Positions 1 to 12,909 of a DNA stretch of 33,000 bases are shown here, one piece after another. Below the pieces are notes generated by a model. It made no database searches and was not told the origin of the DNA. It saw nothing but the letters and a program-made list of their open reading frames with translations. This DNA comes from Dicyema japonicum. Lineage: Eukaryota; Animalia; Dicyemida. Both the position numbers and the translations under genes were made by a program. Position 1 is the first letter of the stretch; every line of letters starts with the position of its first letter. The stretch lies in the NCBI GenBank assembly GCA_011109175.1, contig RDEW01000106.1, positions 31,001 to 64,000 of the forward strand, in the 5' to 3' direction.

Positions 1-604
1 GATTGATCTCTTGGAACCCCTGTTTTTTGTTGTTACCCCCCGTTAGCCACCGGGTTCCTTAAAGAGACTGGGGGTAAATTAATGAAAATATCAACGATCA
101 TAGAATCACTTTACTTGCAACTGAGTGATGAAGGATATACACATTTAGTTCAATAGGTAGCCTCAACCTTCTGCCAATTAGCTACTAGGTCAACAGGACT
201 GGGAGGAATTGATGAGAAAATATAATGTCCATGTGATTTCTCCGAGAATAGACCGACCATAAGTCCCAAGGTCAGAACTAAGAGATGATATATTGATAGA
301 AAAAGGGTAATTTGAATACCCCTCGTCGATATCCACTAAAACAAGCCAAAACCAACACGTCTAGCTTAAAATTATCTACAAATTTAAATATATTTTTAAA
401 ATTCACATTTATTGCTAAATTCCCTAATCTGGAGTAGTTGGCTAAAGTTGTTGATTATTATTGTAAAAATTTATTGAAGTGAAAAAAGTAATTGTGACTT
501 TGATGGAATTGGAATTTTATCGAAAAATGCTTAAAGAAATTACGCAATGTTGGTGTATTTGATGCGCCAGATTAACATTAAAATTTATTTATTTTTAATT
601 TAAT

Positions 605-930
605 TAATTAAGCACTACCGCGTTGCCATAAGCACGTAAGATGCCTAGGGTTTCGCTTGTGCAGAACACACACTTTATTTAAGTAAAGAACAGTATTTAT
701 AACTAATCGTAGAGAAAGAACCAAGGAGTGCTCTTCACTTCTTTTTTTTCTTTTTCTTGTGTGTATGTCCATTTGACTATCCAGTTCCGAAGTGAATCTC
801 CACTGATGATGGCGTCACTCGTTAAACCCTTTTGGCATCGTAGATGCGTGGAACCTCCCACCAGGTGAACAGTAGCGAGAATCGAACCCGTGACCTAAGC
901 CACTTTAGCCCGACACCTAACCACTGGCTG
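605..930 (-). mobile_element. tRNA-derived SINE, copy 1 (near full length)
   Basis: Minus strand has A-box-like GCCAGTGGTTAGG (916-928) and B-box GGTTCGATTC (879-888). The body is closely similar to 31040-31350 and to the copies at 3040, 9210 and 17322. Confidence 0.85.
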
Positions 931-969
931 ATTTTTCAATAAATTCTTATTTGTCTCTCAGTACCAACT

Positions 970-1770
970 GTTTACATAGCTCCTATGGAAAGCCGTCATG
1001 CTTTGTCCACGGCTAATCCTTTATTCCTTCGTCTTCTGAACGAATGCACTCGTTGGACCCAGCTCTGTTTTGGAATAAAAAAAGTATGTTGTTCTACAGC
1101 TTTAAACAAATGTTACTTGGATGAGTGCACTATTTGTAACCAAAGAATGTCTCGGATAATCTGAGAAATTTAATCTTCAACTAGAGACCCTCGGCCTAAC
1201 TCTAATCATTTCGAAATATGAGAACAAAGAGTGGAATCAGTGAAACTAACAAAAGAACAACTTAAATAGACATTTACACGTCGGGAGATGTTGAACACAC
1301 ATACATCCGTTTTCCTGCTCTTATCAAAAATTAAACTACATTTTTAAAGTTTCACCTTGTTTTCCTGAACAATCGACTCCCTTTTCAAGGTTAACGTCTC
1401 AAGAAAGTTAAATTTGACGACTAAGGTCACTTCGGTGGTCTGGGAAACCATTGACTTCTGATTTCCATGTTGATCAAAATGATTCCCAATATTAGAGGCT
1501 AATAAAGCAATCAACCAACAACGACTCATCTGTTTTGTTACTGGAAGATGCGAAACGGGGGCTCTTGGATCAATGACCTCCCGATCAGAAGCGTTGGGAT
1601 CTATCATGAAAAAATGAGTCTGCTGGATACTTTAAATCCTAGAACCGGTTAACCTAGACAGAGGAGACGGAAACGATGCCATCTGAAGTAAGAACTGAAC
1701 AGTATTCTCCCATATCTCGTCATATGGTGGGGGATGCCATCAGTGTGGAATGCTACGTGCATCTTTGTCT
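970..1770 (+). mobile_element. Decayed CRE-like non-LTR retrotransposon (RT core, thumb and RLE remnants, internally deleted)
   Basis: Broken frames read SSYGKPS..LDPALF, YLDECTI (YLDDGT-like RT motif), LETLGLTL..SKYE, KVKFDD..FGGLG, LEPVNLDRGDG and WNATC, in the same order as CRE-clade ORFs and as the 31385-32641 element. Confidence 0.75.
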
Positions 1771-2044
1771 TTCAAACAACTATACACCACGAAAAAGGGT
1801 GAGAAGGACAATGTGTTATTGACAGGTTCACGTTCTGAAGTGTTATGGTGAAACAACTGAAGAAAAAAAAGAATTTCATTTTCCCAAGAAGATTGGACTT
1901 TCATGATGTAGGTGAGACCAAGGGGATGACAATATAATCTTTAGCCAGAAATTCGCTTAAATTATTCTATCCAAATCTTAGTTGTAACGAGATGGGATAG
2001 CTAGATAAGTGCAGATAAATACAACTCTATGTATGTTATGTTGT

Positions 2045-2380
2045 TTAATTTAGTCGTATCCGACCCTTGGAGATCTCATGAACAAGTTTCCTCCACTCTC
2101 CCCGATCCGTTGCAATTTGAAGTAGCCTTGATATAGGCATATGCGTGACGTCTTCCACCGTGGATAGCCACCGAGTCCTTGGTCGGCTAGGTCTTCTCTT
2201 CCCAATAATATTGCTCAGCATAATGGTTCTTTCTAGTGATTCAGACCGGACAACATGCCCAAAGAACGCCAATCTGTGTTTTACAATTCTTCCCTCTAGC
2301 GAAATGTCAGTCTCTACCCGTTTGAGTACATTGATGGTTGTTACTCTATACATCTTCCCTAATCCGATAATATCAATCAC
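2045..2380 (-). mobile_element. RTE-clade LINE 3' fragment (RT C-terminus)
   Basis: RLAFFGHVVRSESLERTIML..GKRRPSRPRTRWL..DRGEWRKLV is the typical RTE/BovB-like ORF end. Confidence 0.85.
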
Positions 2381-3039
2381 TATTTGATTTCATGAAATGG
2401 AGGAATAAGTGGAAAATCGCTTCGCTTCCTAAAGAAACTTGGACGCTTAGCTACAATAAAAAGCCACGACGCACGTGAGACACGGTGGCTACTCCAGTTG
2501 ATCTCTGTTGCAATCGTGAGTGGCAACGCAACGTCGATAATGTCGGCGGGGTCCACTTTGGATGGATGGCAGTTTTAAATAAAAGAATAAATTGAAAAAT
2601 TAATTTTCTTTATTGTTTGTGATTTGATTTCATTCTTAACAATTTTTATAGGCTTTTTAATTTTTAGGTAAAAATGTCGTTAATTCCCATAAACCCCATC
2701 AAAGGACAGTACTTATATCCGTAGACGTTCAACTCAATTTTATAGGTAAAAATATGCTATTTTCGGAAATTATTCGCTACTAAAAATTGCTACAAATTAG
2801 TGAAAATTGACATAATTAAAATTAATAAACATTTCTCAATTATTCCAATATAAATGGCAATTAAAAATAATTAATTAAAAATTTACTTATATAAACTTTT
2901 CACTGTGTTATAACCTGAAGGGGGTCATGAGAACCAAGATGACCGACCTATCAGCATGTCACTCTATTCTAACCATAATAGTTATTTTGTACAATTTTAA
3001 GTCGTTGTTAGCCCTTACTGATACCAGTCTATTGTTTTC

Positions 3040-3240
3040 TAGACTTTGTTTTTTCTTTTTCTTGGGTGTATGTCTTATATAGACAATCAGGTTCCGCAGT
3101 TAAATGTTCACTGATGACGACATCACTCGTCAAGCCAGAGCATATTAATGCTTGGAACCTTCAACTGAATGTACAGTATCGAGATTCGAACTAGCGACCT
3201 TAAGGCCTCTTGCCCGGCAACCCTTACAGTGCGTTACCCA
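3040..3240 (-). mobile_element. tRNA-derived SINE, diverged copy
   Basis: Shares CACTGATGAC..TCACTCGTCAA, GGAACCT and a GAGATTCGAAC B-box remnant with the copies at 605-930 and 31040-31350. Confidence 0.7.
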
Positions 3241-3768
3241 GATTAGAAAAATTACTAAGAATCTAAGAATTCTATATTATCTAGTCAAAATAGATGTAAC
3301 CTCACTTCAACCTCTTCTTGATGACATGTGAACTAAAGAGACATGTGAACTAAAGAGACATTGAATATACGAAACCTCAAAATAAGGAAGCGTCAATACA
3401 CTATGTTTGGGATTAGAATCTCATTGGCACTAAATTTGAAGGAACTTTGACAAGTCTACTTTGAGGAACTGGCCTCTGAGTCTTTTGTAATCGAGCTTTT
3501 TAATATTTATGAAATTTATGAACGGGACTCACGAAGAAAATGTATAAATTTGAAACGTACGTCAGCAAATAGTAAAACTCCCATCACTTATATAACAAAG
3601 TAGTCCCTCTTCAGTATCCTTAAAATCTTAACCTTATTGTGAACACCAAAATAAAGTAATTTTAAATTTATTGAAGCAAAATAATATTAAAAGTAGCCGA
3701 AATGAACAACAATGATGAAATCAACATACTACTATTCTTTAAGAATTCTACTAATCTCAATCAAATCA

Positions 3769-4542
3769 CTAGCCATAATGGGTTTTTTCTGAATTAAACA
3801 TAATTTTAAAAAAAATTGCATTTTGAATATCGTAGAGTTTTTTGGCAGCCATGCAACGATAGTTATTATTTATGAAATATGAGGACATTCGATAAACGAA
3901 GTCTCGATATCTCAGTAGAAGAGACAACAAGTGATAGGCATCAATTTGGTTTTGGACGTCGAGTATATTTGGCTGTTGAAACTGCGGAAGATCAGATTTT
4001 ACAAGTTCACTAATAGAAAATGATTTATTGGAAGGCCTCGCTTTGGGCTTATTTTTTATAAATGGTGGTTCCTCCTTGGGGACATCCAAAATTGGACATC
4101 CGTTGTAGAAAGGAGCGATTGTCTAATCAAATAAGCTCTAACACAACTATGTTATTATTTTTTTTCTTCACAACACGGAGTTTTACTCTCTTCCAATTAT
4201 CGATGTTAAAGTTACTGTCGACATCTCCCGCATGTTTGGAAATGATATGCATCTTCAAAGTATTTCCCTGGCTTGATCTGTATCCACATGATCCACAAAA
4301 GTATGGCATTTCTTCTAAAAATAAAAAAAACCAACACTTGTATGAATTCTCATGTGGACAAACACATTGCTGTAGTGAATTGTCTTATAATTGCAGAATG
4401 TGCACTGGTAGGTCTTTTTATTAGAGACAGGCAAATCTGCTTTCTGGTTTTTCAGTTTGTATGCCTTTTCTGGGTTTTTACCATTTTCAAGTTTTTGTTG
4501 ATTTGGCACAATCTCTGGATCATCTTTTTTGTTGGTTCCCAT
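3769..4542 (-). CDS. C2H2 zinc-finger protein (two fingers, eh1-like FSISELV motif), ~242 aa, two mini-introns
   Basis: Removing GT-AG introns 4315-4337 (23 nt) and 4123-4144 (22 nt; alternative donor gives 25 nt) joins three ORFs into one frame. It reads CTFCNYKTIHYSNVFVHMRIH-TKEMPY-FCGSCGYRSSQGNTLKMHIISKH, so splicing restores an HTxExPY linker. The start ATG at 4542 is uncertain. Confidence 0.85.
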
Positions 4543-5424
4543 TATGCAAAAATATATTTACGAAAATCTCGCTAATTCTTAAATATATAATATTTGTGGT
4601 TTATGCTGTAATTCCGTGGAAATGTACTCTGGTGAATATTCTACCACAATATATGTTATGTAAACTAAATTTAAAGTACTCGTGGGTTTATAACATAAAC
4701 GATTATCAATTATAATAAATTATATTTTATCAGAAAATATCAATTTGGTTTTAAGTTGAAAATTAATCAGAATATCCAAAATTCTAATTATTTACCACAA
4801 TACGTGACTTTTTCAGGTGTAAAGTTCAGTCATCAAAATAATTTGTGAGATTATGTCATGATTGGTAACCATGATTTCTATGTTGGTAGTAAGTTATGTC
4901 ATTCATTAACAAAATTCTCGAATCACCACATTTCTATGACATTGATAATATTTCGTTAGTGTTTTTTTATTCTTAATTTTTATTAAACGTTTTTAAGTTA
5001 GTTCTTAAACTATAGTAATTAGGGCAATTAGAAAATTGCAATTTTTAAAATATAAATTGCAAAAAATAATTAATTGTAGAAAATTGCATTATGGAAAAAT
5101 AAACGAAATCATTTATTGTAATGCAAAATAAAATATTTCTGAACATTTTCAGGTTTAAAGTTTCGATTTTTAGTCAGAAGTTTGTCATAAGAGATATCAC
5201 CTTTTCAACTAAGGTTGAGCTTCTGCAACAATTTTGAAGGTATGAGTAAATTTCTGGCGAAATAGTTTTATTTAGAAATCAAGAATACTTAGTATCCCAA
5301 ATTTCTGAAGCTTTTTTGATATATAATTTTTTTATATTGCACCGATCTGATGAAAATTCTATGCTGTTCAGATCTCCATAAGATTTTTTAATTCAATATT
5401 CGAGAAAATCAAGATTAAAAAATA

Positions 5425-5680
5425 TGTCGAATTTGGAGACCGCTTTTGTTTTGTACCGGTGGCAATCGAGACGTCTGGTGCCGCGGGAAGTATCACATCC
5501 TCTTCTTTGAAAAAAATCGGGGGAAATTGTCCCACCGTAAAAAAGACGTGCGGGAAGCGGTCTGGCTGAGGCAACGAATTGGAATTGCAGTTGTCCGCGG
5601 AAACGCGTACTCCGTAATGTTAGCAGCCGCTCTTCCTTATAGTTAATAAAAAATATTTTATTGTAAAATAAAACGCAGTA
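5425..5680 (+). mobile_element. CRE-like retrotransposon 3' end fragment
   Basis: FVPVAIETSGAAG..(frameshift)..REAVWLRQRIGIAVVRGNAYSV* followed by an A-rich tail matches the RLE-domain C-terminus. Confidence 0.85.
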
Positions 5681-6488
5681 GTTCGGTAATTGAAATCATT
5701 TCAATTAAATCCAAATAGTTTTAACTGATTTTGGTTAAACTTGGAAACAACGTGGAAATATTAACTGATTATTTTTTTATTTAACCCAAGATCACGGTAA
5801 AACCAAACTAATTATCACGTGTTCCCGATGCATTCTAACAGAGACCTCATCTTTGCCAGATGTTCTTCCTTCGTGCCCGCGCATGAACGTACAGGCTGCC
5901 TAAATTTTCAAGACCACCTTCCCGTGATCTGGAGTCTAGTCTCATAAGGGCCTCCAGAGGCGTAGGTCCGGTTCGGTGATCTTCACAAATCCAACGCACC
6001 GACAAAATCAACTTCCCGAGTGTTCGAAATCCTCCATAGATATTAAGAACCAATTTCTATTCTTTCCATCAATGATTCACCTGCTAACTGATTGAATTTA
6101 TACAAGGATGGTTAGAACAGTTTAAAAATTTGTTTAAATTGAAAAAAAATCATCATGATGAGTCATAACCCAAAATTATGATCGTTCTGCAATATGTGAA
6201 TTTCTTAATGCAACCAAAACTATATCCAATTGTAGAAAACCTACCACGTGGTGTCATGTAATGCCATGTGGATGCTTATTAATTCTAGGAGCTACTGAGT
6301 TTTGTGAACATCATAGCTTCTCAAAGTGTCTTTTTCCTTGGAGGAAGAAATAGTCTCCGGATGGAGTAGAGTGAACGGTTCTCCTTCTATATTATTAGCA
6401 ACATTCGTATATTAACTTTCGTTCATACGTGCAACATCTGACAAAATCCTCCAAGTTCTTTCAATTTGGGACTGAACTCTGATAAGTC

Positions 6489-6515
6489 GTACATCCCGTA
6501 CATCCCGTACATCCC
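6489..6515. repeat. 9-bp tandem repeat (GTACATCCC)x3
   Basis: Three exact units seen directly. Confidence 0.9.
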
Positions 6516-7198
6516 ACACTTCCATTGTTCAGTACTTTGCTTTCGTATGTCTCATCAGTCAAAAAATAAAAAATGACACAAAATAACACATAAACTTTTT
6601 TTGAAATTATAAAACATTTATATATTAATTTTTTCAAATAAATTATTTCGATTCAATTTCATATTTTCTAAATTATGAAGATTGGTTCCAAACATGAAAA
6701 CGTAACTATATTTTGTTATATTTCTACGTTGCATGCTGATTATTGCAAAATTGAAATATTATTATTCAAATGAAACCAGGCAACTTAGAACCCTACTCTC
6801 TATACATAAGAGTAGGAACACCATACTAACGTTGGCGCCACGTGGCATTTTCACGTGGCATATCAATTGAAGATTCATAGATATTGAGGGACAAATTAAT
6901 AATTTTTTAATTGAAATGAGCAAATGTTGAATTTTTGTGCTATCCTTTATTTTTAAGTGGAATTTTCAAGGAACCTCGTCTATCCTTAAAAGTGCATTTA
7001 TTTGAACCACCAAACCACATTATGAGTCTCTTTAAATGTCAATATGAATGATTGTATGAGAATTTTTATTAATAAAGTATGGCTTTTCAAAAATGGAAAA
7101 ATTGTTAAAACATAATTACATAATATAAATCAATAAAACACAAAAGCCTCAAAATTAACGAAAAAGTCAGGCAAGTTGTTTTTTTTGCTTTGGGGAAT

Positions 7199-7283
7199 TC
7201 TGAGTTTCTCCTCCTCTGTGTGGGCTAATTTGCATTTATCCCTAATCGGCAATGAAATAATCACACAACCTTGTCTTGTAGTT
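7199..7283 (-). pseudogene. Degenerate CCCH (TIS11/ZFP36-like) zinc-finger fragment
   Basis: NYKTRLCDYFIAD / frameshift / RDKCKLAHTEEEKLR resembles YKTxLC..F...G.C.YG.KC.FAH..ELR with the second Cys region deleted. Confidence 0.45.
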
Positions 7284-8451
7284 CCTTGGCTCTTTTTTAT
7301 GAGAATCCGTTGAGTTCTCCTCTTTTACTGGCTATCATCAATTTTTTTTGACTTACTGTCGTGTAGTGGATCATTCCTTACAAAATTATCGGCGTGAGTT
7401 ATTAAGGGAAATAGAAAACCGTTAACGGCAAACGAAAATCTATCGAATTTTCAGTGTAACAAATCGAGGTTTTAACTTAAACTTTATGGAATATTATAAA
7501 TAAAACGTATCAATTTTTTTGTGGTGTATTGTAAAAAATGTCCAATTCTACTCCCAAATATAAATTTATATCTGCATTTCCACTTAAAGAAAAAAAAGAA
7601 ACTCAAGACTCACTCAGTACAAACTGTGGTTATGAATGAGAATGTCGAAATAAGAGTGAACATTTTCATTAAGACTATTCAAAAACAATAAATATTATAA
7701 AAAATTATTTTTTTGTTAGGAGCCCTTTTCTTGTGGGCCTTACGAGTATTCTTATCCCCCCCAATGTTGTTTTTGGACTTAACTTTTGTCTTAATTTATA
7801 GAAGGAATATTCTTTTTCCACGTGCGATATAGAAAAAAACAAACCTCCCCAATCTTCACCTAACCTTTAGGGGGAACCACAAAAGTTCATTTAGCGTCTC
7901 GATTAACATTCAAGTGCGTGCTTTAGTCTGAATGGGAGAATAAAGGAAAATATCTGAAAGGTAATCAGAGGAGACTCAAATATACGGAAATGGCACATCA
8001 GATTGACAAAGTCCTTCTTAGAACTCGGATGTTTTCAAGGACTTTTGGTCTTAATTGGAATATACCTTTGAGAGAACCTTCTTGCGTTTATTGGTAATAA
8101 CTTTGGGGATATGCGAGACCTACTTGATATCTCAGATAAGGTGGAATGGATGGGGATATTAAGAGAAGAGTACTAGTTAATGAATAACATTCTTTTTTTC
8201 AATATACTTTAAAATCTTTCATCCATTATAAACTGCCACGTGTGTTCTTCGGTTGCAAAAAAGAGTAGTAATCAAACTTGGGTTTGGAGACATTAGAGAC
8301 ATTGAGTGATGAGGACGCAAAACTCATGTGACCACTTCAAATGAAACCATGTGAATCGGAGACTTTGTACTAATGATGGAAGTAACATAAACGTGATGAG
8401 GGTTCTGGTGAAGATTCCAAACCTCATAGGGATGATTCGTTGTTACCTACG

Positions 8452-9206
8452 TTAATTTTTATACGTTTTTTTTAGATCCCGAACAACTATCCCAGAAAGA
8501 GACGATGTTAACAAGGTAAACGAGAAAGTTTCACTCTGACGGCTCACGGAAGCAGTTCGAAGCGCTTTGTCTAAGCTCCAGTATCTTTTTCTCTTCGAGG
8601 GTTCATATGCCACGTGCAGACAGAAAGTCATGTATACTTTAGTCTTGTCTTTTGTTGGAGGTAGGATTTGTCTGAGTGTTCTTTGGAGATCCGTGAATGT
8701 TCTTCGTACGAGTTTGTGTTTTGTGGATTCAAGTAATGGGAAGGTTGGATGGTTGGGGTCAAGCGTTTGTCTGATATACTGTAGGTTCTTCAATTCAAGG
8801 TGGTCACCTAAAGCAGGATTTTCGACTCCTTGTGTAAGTCCCTAATGGGAGATGATTTAACAGCCTGTTACAGCCCTCAATACATAATTTTGTACCTGTG
8901 CATGTTTTGAAAAGGAAGAGTGATATGCATGGAGCCCAGCTTGAGGGCCTCCCCAGAATCATCCTGATGAATTGCATATACATGAGCGTTAGACACTCTT
9001 TTTGACGGCCATTCGAGTGACCAGCTACTACTCGAAGGATGTTTGAATTTCGCTTTAGTGCAAAGTTGTTCAACGTGTTCGTTGAAGCAAATTGACGTGT
9101 CAAAAATAACTCCGAGAATTTTAGAATATTTAACAACTGGGGGAAGTTCGCTGTTGAGGTATATACTAGGACAGTTGTGTATACTAACTCTTCTCCGTAT
9201 AATCAT
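8452..9206 (-). mobile_element. I/Jockey-like LINE, RT C-terminal fragment with frameshifts
   Basis: KILGVIFDTSICFNEHVEQLCTKAK / NILRVVAGHSNG..KECLTLMYMQFIR across frames matches the post-catalytic RT region of APE-type LINEs. Confidence 0.75.
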
Positions 9207-9209
9207 ACT

Positions 9210-9475
9210 CTACTTTAGTTATAGCTCCTCCCAAGCAGGACACACACTTCATTGTAAGTAAGAACATCTAATCGATAGGGAGAACCAAGGAATGGTCTTC
9301 ATTTTTTTTCTTTATGTTGCGTGTGAGTCCATAGACGATCCTGTTCCACAGTGAGATGTACACTGATGACTGCGTCACTCGGCAGGCCAAAGCCTCGACA
9401 TGCTTGGAACCGTCAGTCGGAATGTACATCAGCGAGATTCAAACTAGGGGTCATCAGGCCTTTTGCCTGGCTTGA
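9210..9475 (-). mobile_element. tRNA-derived SINE, diverged copy
   Basis: GCAGGACACACAC, AACCAAGGAATG, CACTGATGAC..TCACTCG and GAGATTCAAAC motifs are colinear with the 31040-31350 copy. Confidence 0.75.
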
Positions 9476-10759
9476 ATAAAAAATAAATTATTAAAATTAA
9501 AATAAATAAAAATAAATTAAAATCAATTAAAAAGAAAACTAAGTGGTTTATTATCATTATCAAAATACGGACGAATATCAGCAAAGTCAAGGTCATCACC
9601 ATTAATATTATGAAAATTAATAATAGAGTTGACCATCATCATCACATTTGACATACAACTCATTCTACCGCGAAATTTGATACACTTTACACCAATCACT
9701 GCCTTCTCATGCAACTTCTCCACCGACAAAACATACACCAGAATATTTAACAAAATCATCAACAAATCAGCAGAAAGTTCAATTCTAATGGAATCTGTCA
9801 TATATCCCTTCGTACAAACACTACATATCCACAATAACTACCTTTGAACAAATAGTGTGAATTTTGAGAGGACGCAGGTGGGTAAAATAGGACAATACTC
9901 TCTAAAAGTCTCCATTAAGCACGTGACTATCATTAATCTTAATAAATACCAACTTTACCTGTTTGAGTTGGTAATTTTGATAATATCAACATATTTGATC
10001 CTTTTAACGTCGAGGTCTTCACTTTTTGCACTTTGAAGTTTTTTATTAGTTTGATCCGGTTTTATTTGAAAATTGAAATATTTTATTTTTAATTTATTAA
10101 TATTCTTTAATTTTATTAAAATAAACTAATTTGTATAAATTTAACATCATGTTGTCCAGCTGGGGACATTCCCTTTGTTCGGCAAAATTACGCAGAAAAG
10201 TCGATGAGATCGCGGGGAAGAACTGAATTGCTGAGACTTGACGAGATTTTACGTTACTGTCATAGAGTGTTGTGAGAAAGCTGTAAATTACGTCACTTTC
10301 AGACTGCAAGGTTACTAACTGAGAATACATGAATATTCTTCCTTAATACTTTGTCAATCTTGTTAGCTATTTGTTCATTAATTGTAAAGTCTGATGATGG
10401 GTCTGTAAATTCGTGACTTTCCTAATAAAAATAAATTATCAATCAACTTGTGCGTTTGTTATGTATTTACGTATTTTATGCATCACTACACTTGTTTTTA
10501 AATATTTTTTTAATTTTTTTTATATAATTTATTTATTATTATTAATACTCCAGGATCACTGGGTAAAAGAGAAATAAATAAAACTTTTCAACTAACTAAC
10601 TGATCGCAGACCGACAAGAGAGAGGACGAGTTTGGCTGGGTCGAGAGTCTTGTAATACTCTCCTTATAGAGTCATATGTCCCGCCTTCTCCTTTCTAGGG
10701 AAGAGTAGATACGTTGGAATTCAGGCAGAACCAATGAGGATCAGTAACTTCCGTAAAAT

Positions 10760-11765
10760 GGGTGGCTAATACAACTACAAAACCCCTAGAGGTCCCCTTT
10801 GCAACCTTAGACCAATAATTCTACTAACTTCCATACGCAAAAAGCACTACCTCTCATTGTACTACACTGGATAAAACAGTGGGGTCTGTATGTTCATTCC
10901 TATCCCCAGCCAAAGTGGATTTCGGACAGGCAGGTTTACAGATTGTATTGTGCTCTATGGCAAAAGTATAAAAAATCTATTGAAATACTTGGCAATGATA
11001 TGTCCCGTGAATTCGATTCGATCACCGGAAAAAACTTATGGAGGTTCTGAAGAATTTTCTTTACCCTGGCGACGTACAAATAATACGCCTGCTCATGCAG
11101 AACATTCATTTTTCTGTCAAAATCGGTTTTTTCTGATTTCACGTGATTTCCACATGGGAACTCACTATCCTCGGTCCTCTTCGTTGTCTACCTAGAAGCT
11201 GCACTAAAAGAGTTCAGGGCCTTGATTGGAAACAACTATGACAAGATAATTTATGCGAAGATCTGGATTTTGTCTCTGAGGATACTCAAACATTTCAACA
11301 CGTGGTCAGCGTACTCCCACACATATCTTCGAAATGGTTCTTATCCGTAAATTCCAACAAACAGAGTTTACAACGCTTACACGTACTGATCGGGGATCGG
11401 ACGAGTCATGGAGAAGGCAAAAGAAGGTTGGCTCGCTTCTAAGACACTCTGAAGATGTTACTCGTAGGAAGATCCTTGCTATAAATCCACTGAAAAAATA
11501 TCGTTAATATGAGACCACTTTGGCCACGTTTACCTCTAAATTACTAGGTCCCCGCAAATGTCGCAATGGACAACTACTTCACACAAGAACCGGATTCTGT
11601 AGAAGGCCAAGAACGATACTTCCGACTATCTTGAACGGAGACCTATCGACGATTGGTATGAGACTAATTCGGCAGACGACCTTAGAGAAATAGCTCGCAG
11701 TAGAAGATCATGGTCGAGACTGACGGAGAGTATGATTCTGAACACCGAACAAGGGAGACTTAATT
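10760..11765 (+). mobile_element. RTE/RTE-X-like LINE remnant (RT domains to 3' end, multiple deletions)
   Basis: Broken frames: LRPIILLTSIRK, SQSGFRTGR, DMSREFDSI..RKKLMEVL, VLFVVYLEAALKE, YA(D)DLDFV, KKVGSLL..EDVTRRK, RRPRTILPTILNGDL..DDLREIARSRRSW. Confidence 0.85.
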
Positions 11766-12249
11766 AATTTATGTTCTCTCGGTCTGGGAAAATTAAAGAC
11801 ATTAGCTGAAGCTTCAAGGAATCAATAAACTGTTTCTGGATCGCTGCAATAAACTGTTTCTTATGACTTTTTAACCTAAAGATGTCGAGGACCTTGGTAA
11901 AATGTGCCACTTATTCATATGACCCTTTAAAATCAATTTTTATAAGATTTAAAATAAATGACTTTTTTACCTAAAAAAGTCATTCACATTCTAAAATATC
12001 TCGTGATGTTTATTGATGAACTTGTCTAAAACTTGACAAAATTGGAGGCCATTTTAAATGGGAACCTTGGAGACAGCTATTTTTCTATTTGGGAGAGAAA
12101 AATCAGATATACAGGCCGTTGAGTTGATTGGGGGTGCTCACGTGTCTCAAAATTTATACAAACTGTGGGGTCTGTCTGTTCAAACCACCGACTAATGACC
12201 AGAAGGAACTGCTACTGAGTTTACCTGCAGGGACATCACTGTCAACTTG

Positions 12250-12660
12250 ATTCAGGCTAACGTTGAGCTATGGGGGACCATTTACCTTGATTGCCTCATA
12301 CTCTGATGACCTAAGACTGTTTAGCCAGACTATTGCTAACTTCAAAGTTGAACTAGAGAGACCTTCTAAGAGAGTCAAAGTATAGTTCATTGTGGATATG
12401 AATGGGATTGCCAAAGAGAGCAATGCTATTTTGGTGGAGAAATACAGAGGAGGTTGAGGATGTATGACAGATTCCGCTGAAAATTTCCGTAAAAGATTCA
12501 AATTCCCAAAAACTCCCATTCAAACGGATATCCCCTATGGAGGTTAGGGGAAATGAAGATGAGTAGGATAAGCTAGTGGAACAGTTGAAATGAACTGCTG
12601 TTGTTCATTAGACTTGAAATGGTGTTGGAAGCCTTGAAGAACAGACTGAGGATTTAATAC
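12250..12660 (+). mobile_element. Possible highly decayed non-LTR RT remnant
   Basis: IASYSDDLRLF resembles an AYADDL motif and a later LVEKYRGG*G resembles a GGLG thumb motif. Many stops. Confidence 0.3.
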
Positions 12661-12909
12661 TCAACTCCGCTCTGATTTTGAGAGACATCTTCAGCCCTAC
12701 ATAATTCCTGATTATTTCTCAACCACAAGTTGAAAAACGAAATGAAAGCAGATGAAAGCTTACAAAATAAGGGTTGAGACTACACTTGGATATGATTAGA
12801 AAACTTCGTATTCCGAAATACATTTATTAAAATTTCGGATTAATTTATTTTGTTTTTTATTATACATTTAAATGAGTTTACATTTTAAATTTAAAATCTC
12901 ACAGTGTTA

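Noticed and set aside
800-830. CTGATGA in every long SINE copy as a hammerhead ribozyme core
   Set aside because: No GAAA(C) follows a stem II, no stems I/III are evident, and the motif is antisense to the SINE transcript.
860-930. tRNA genes at the SINE heads (also ~31290-31350)
   Set aside because: A and B boxes are present, but there is no complete cloverleaf or acceptor stem and the sequence runs into a shared SINE body.
3323-3360. 17-bp tandem duplication GACATGTGAACTAAAGA (similar small duplications at ~11824, ~18391; 12-bp AT-rich hairpin at 11957-11984)
   Set aside because: These look like ordinary slippage or repair products with no sign of function.
5847-6053. ORF with SREGGL as an RT thumb remnant
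   Set aside because: It is a single short motif with no supporting RT motifs nearby, too weak to call.
9523-9834. Cys-containing ORF as a PHD-like finger gene
   Set aside because: Cys/His spacing does not fit PHD, RING or C2H2 patterns, and no coherent splice model was found.
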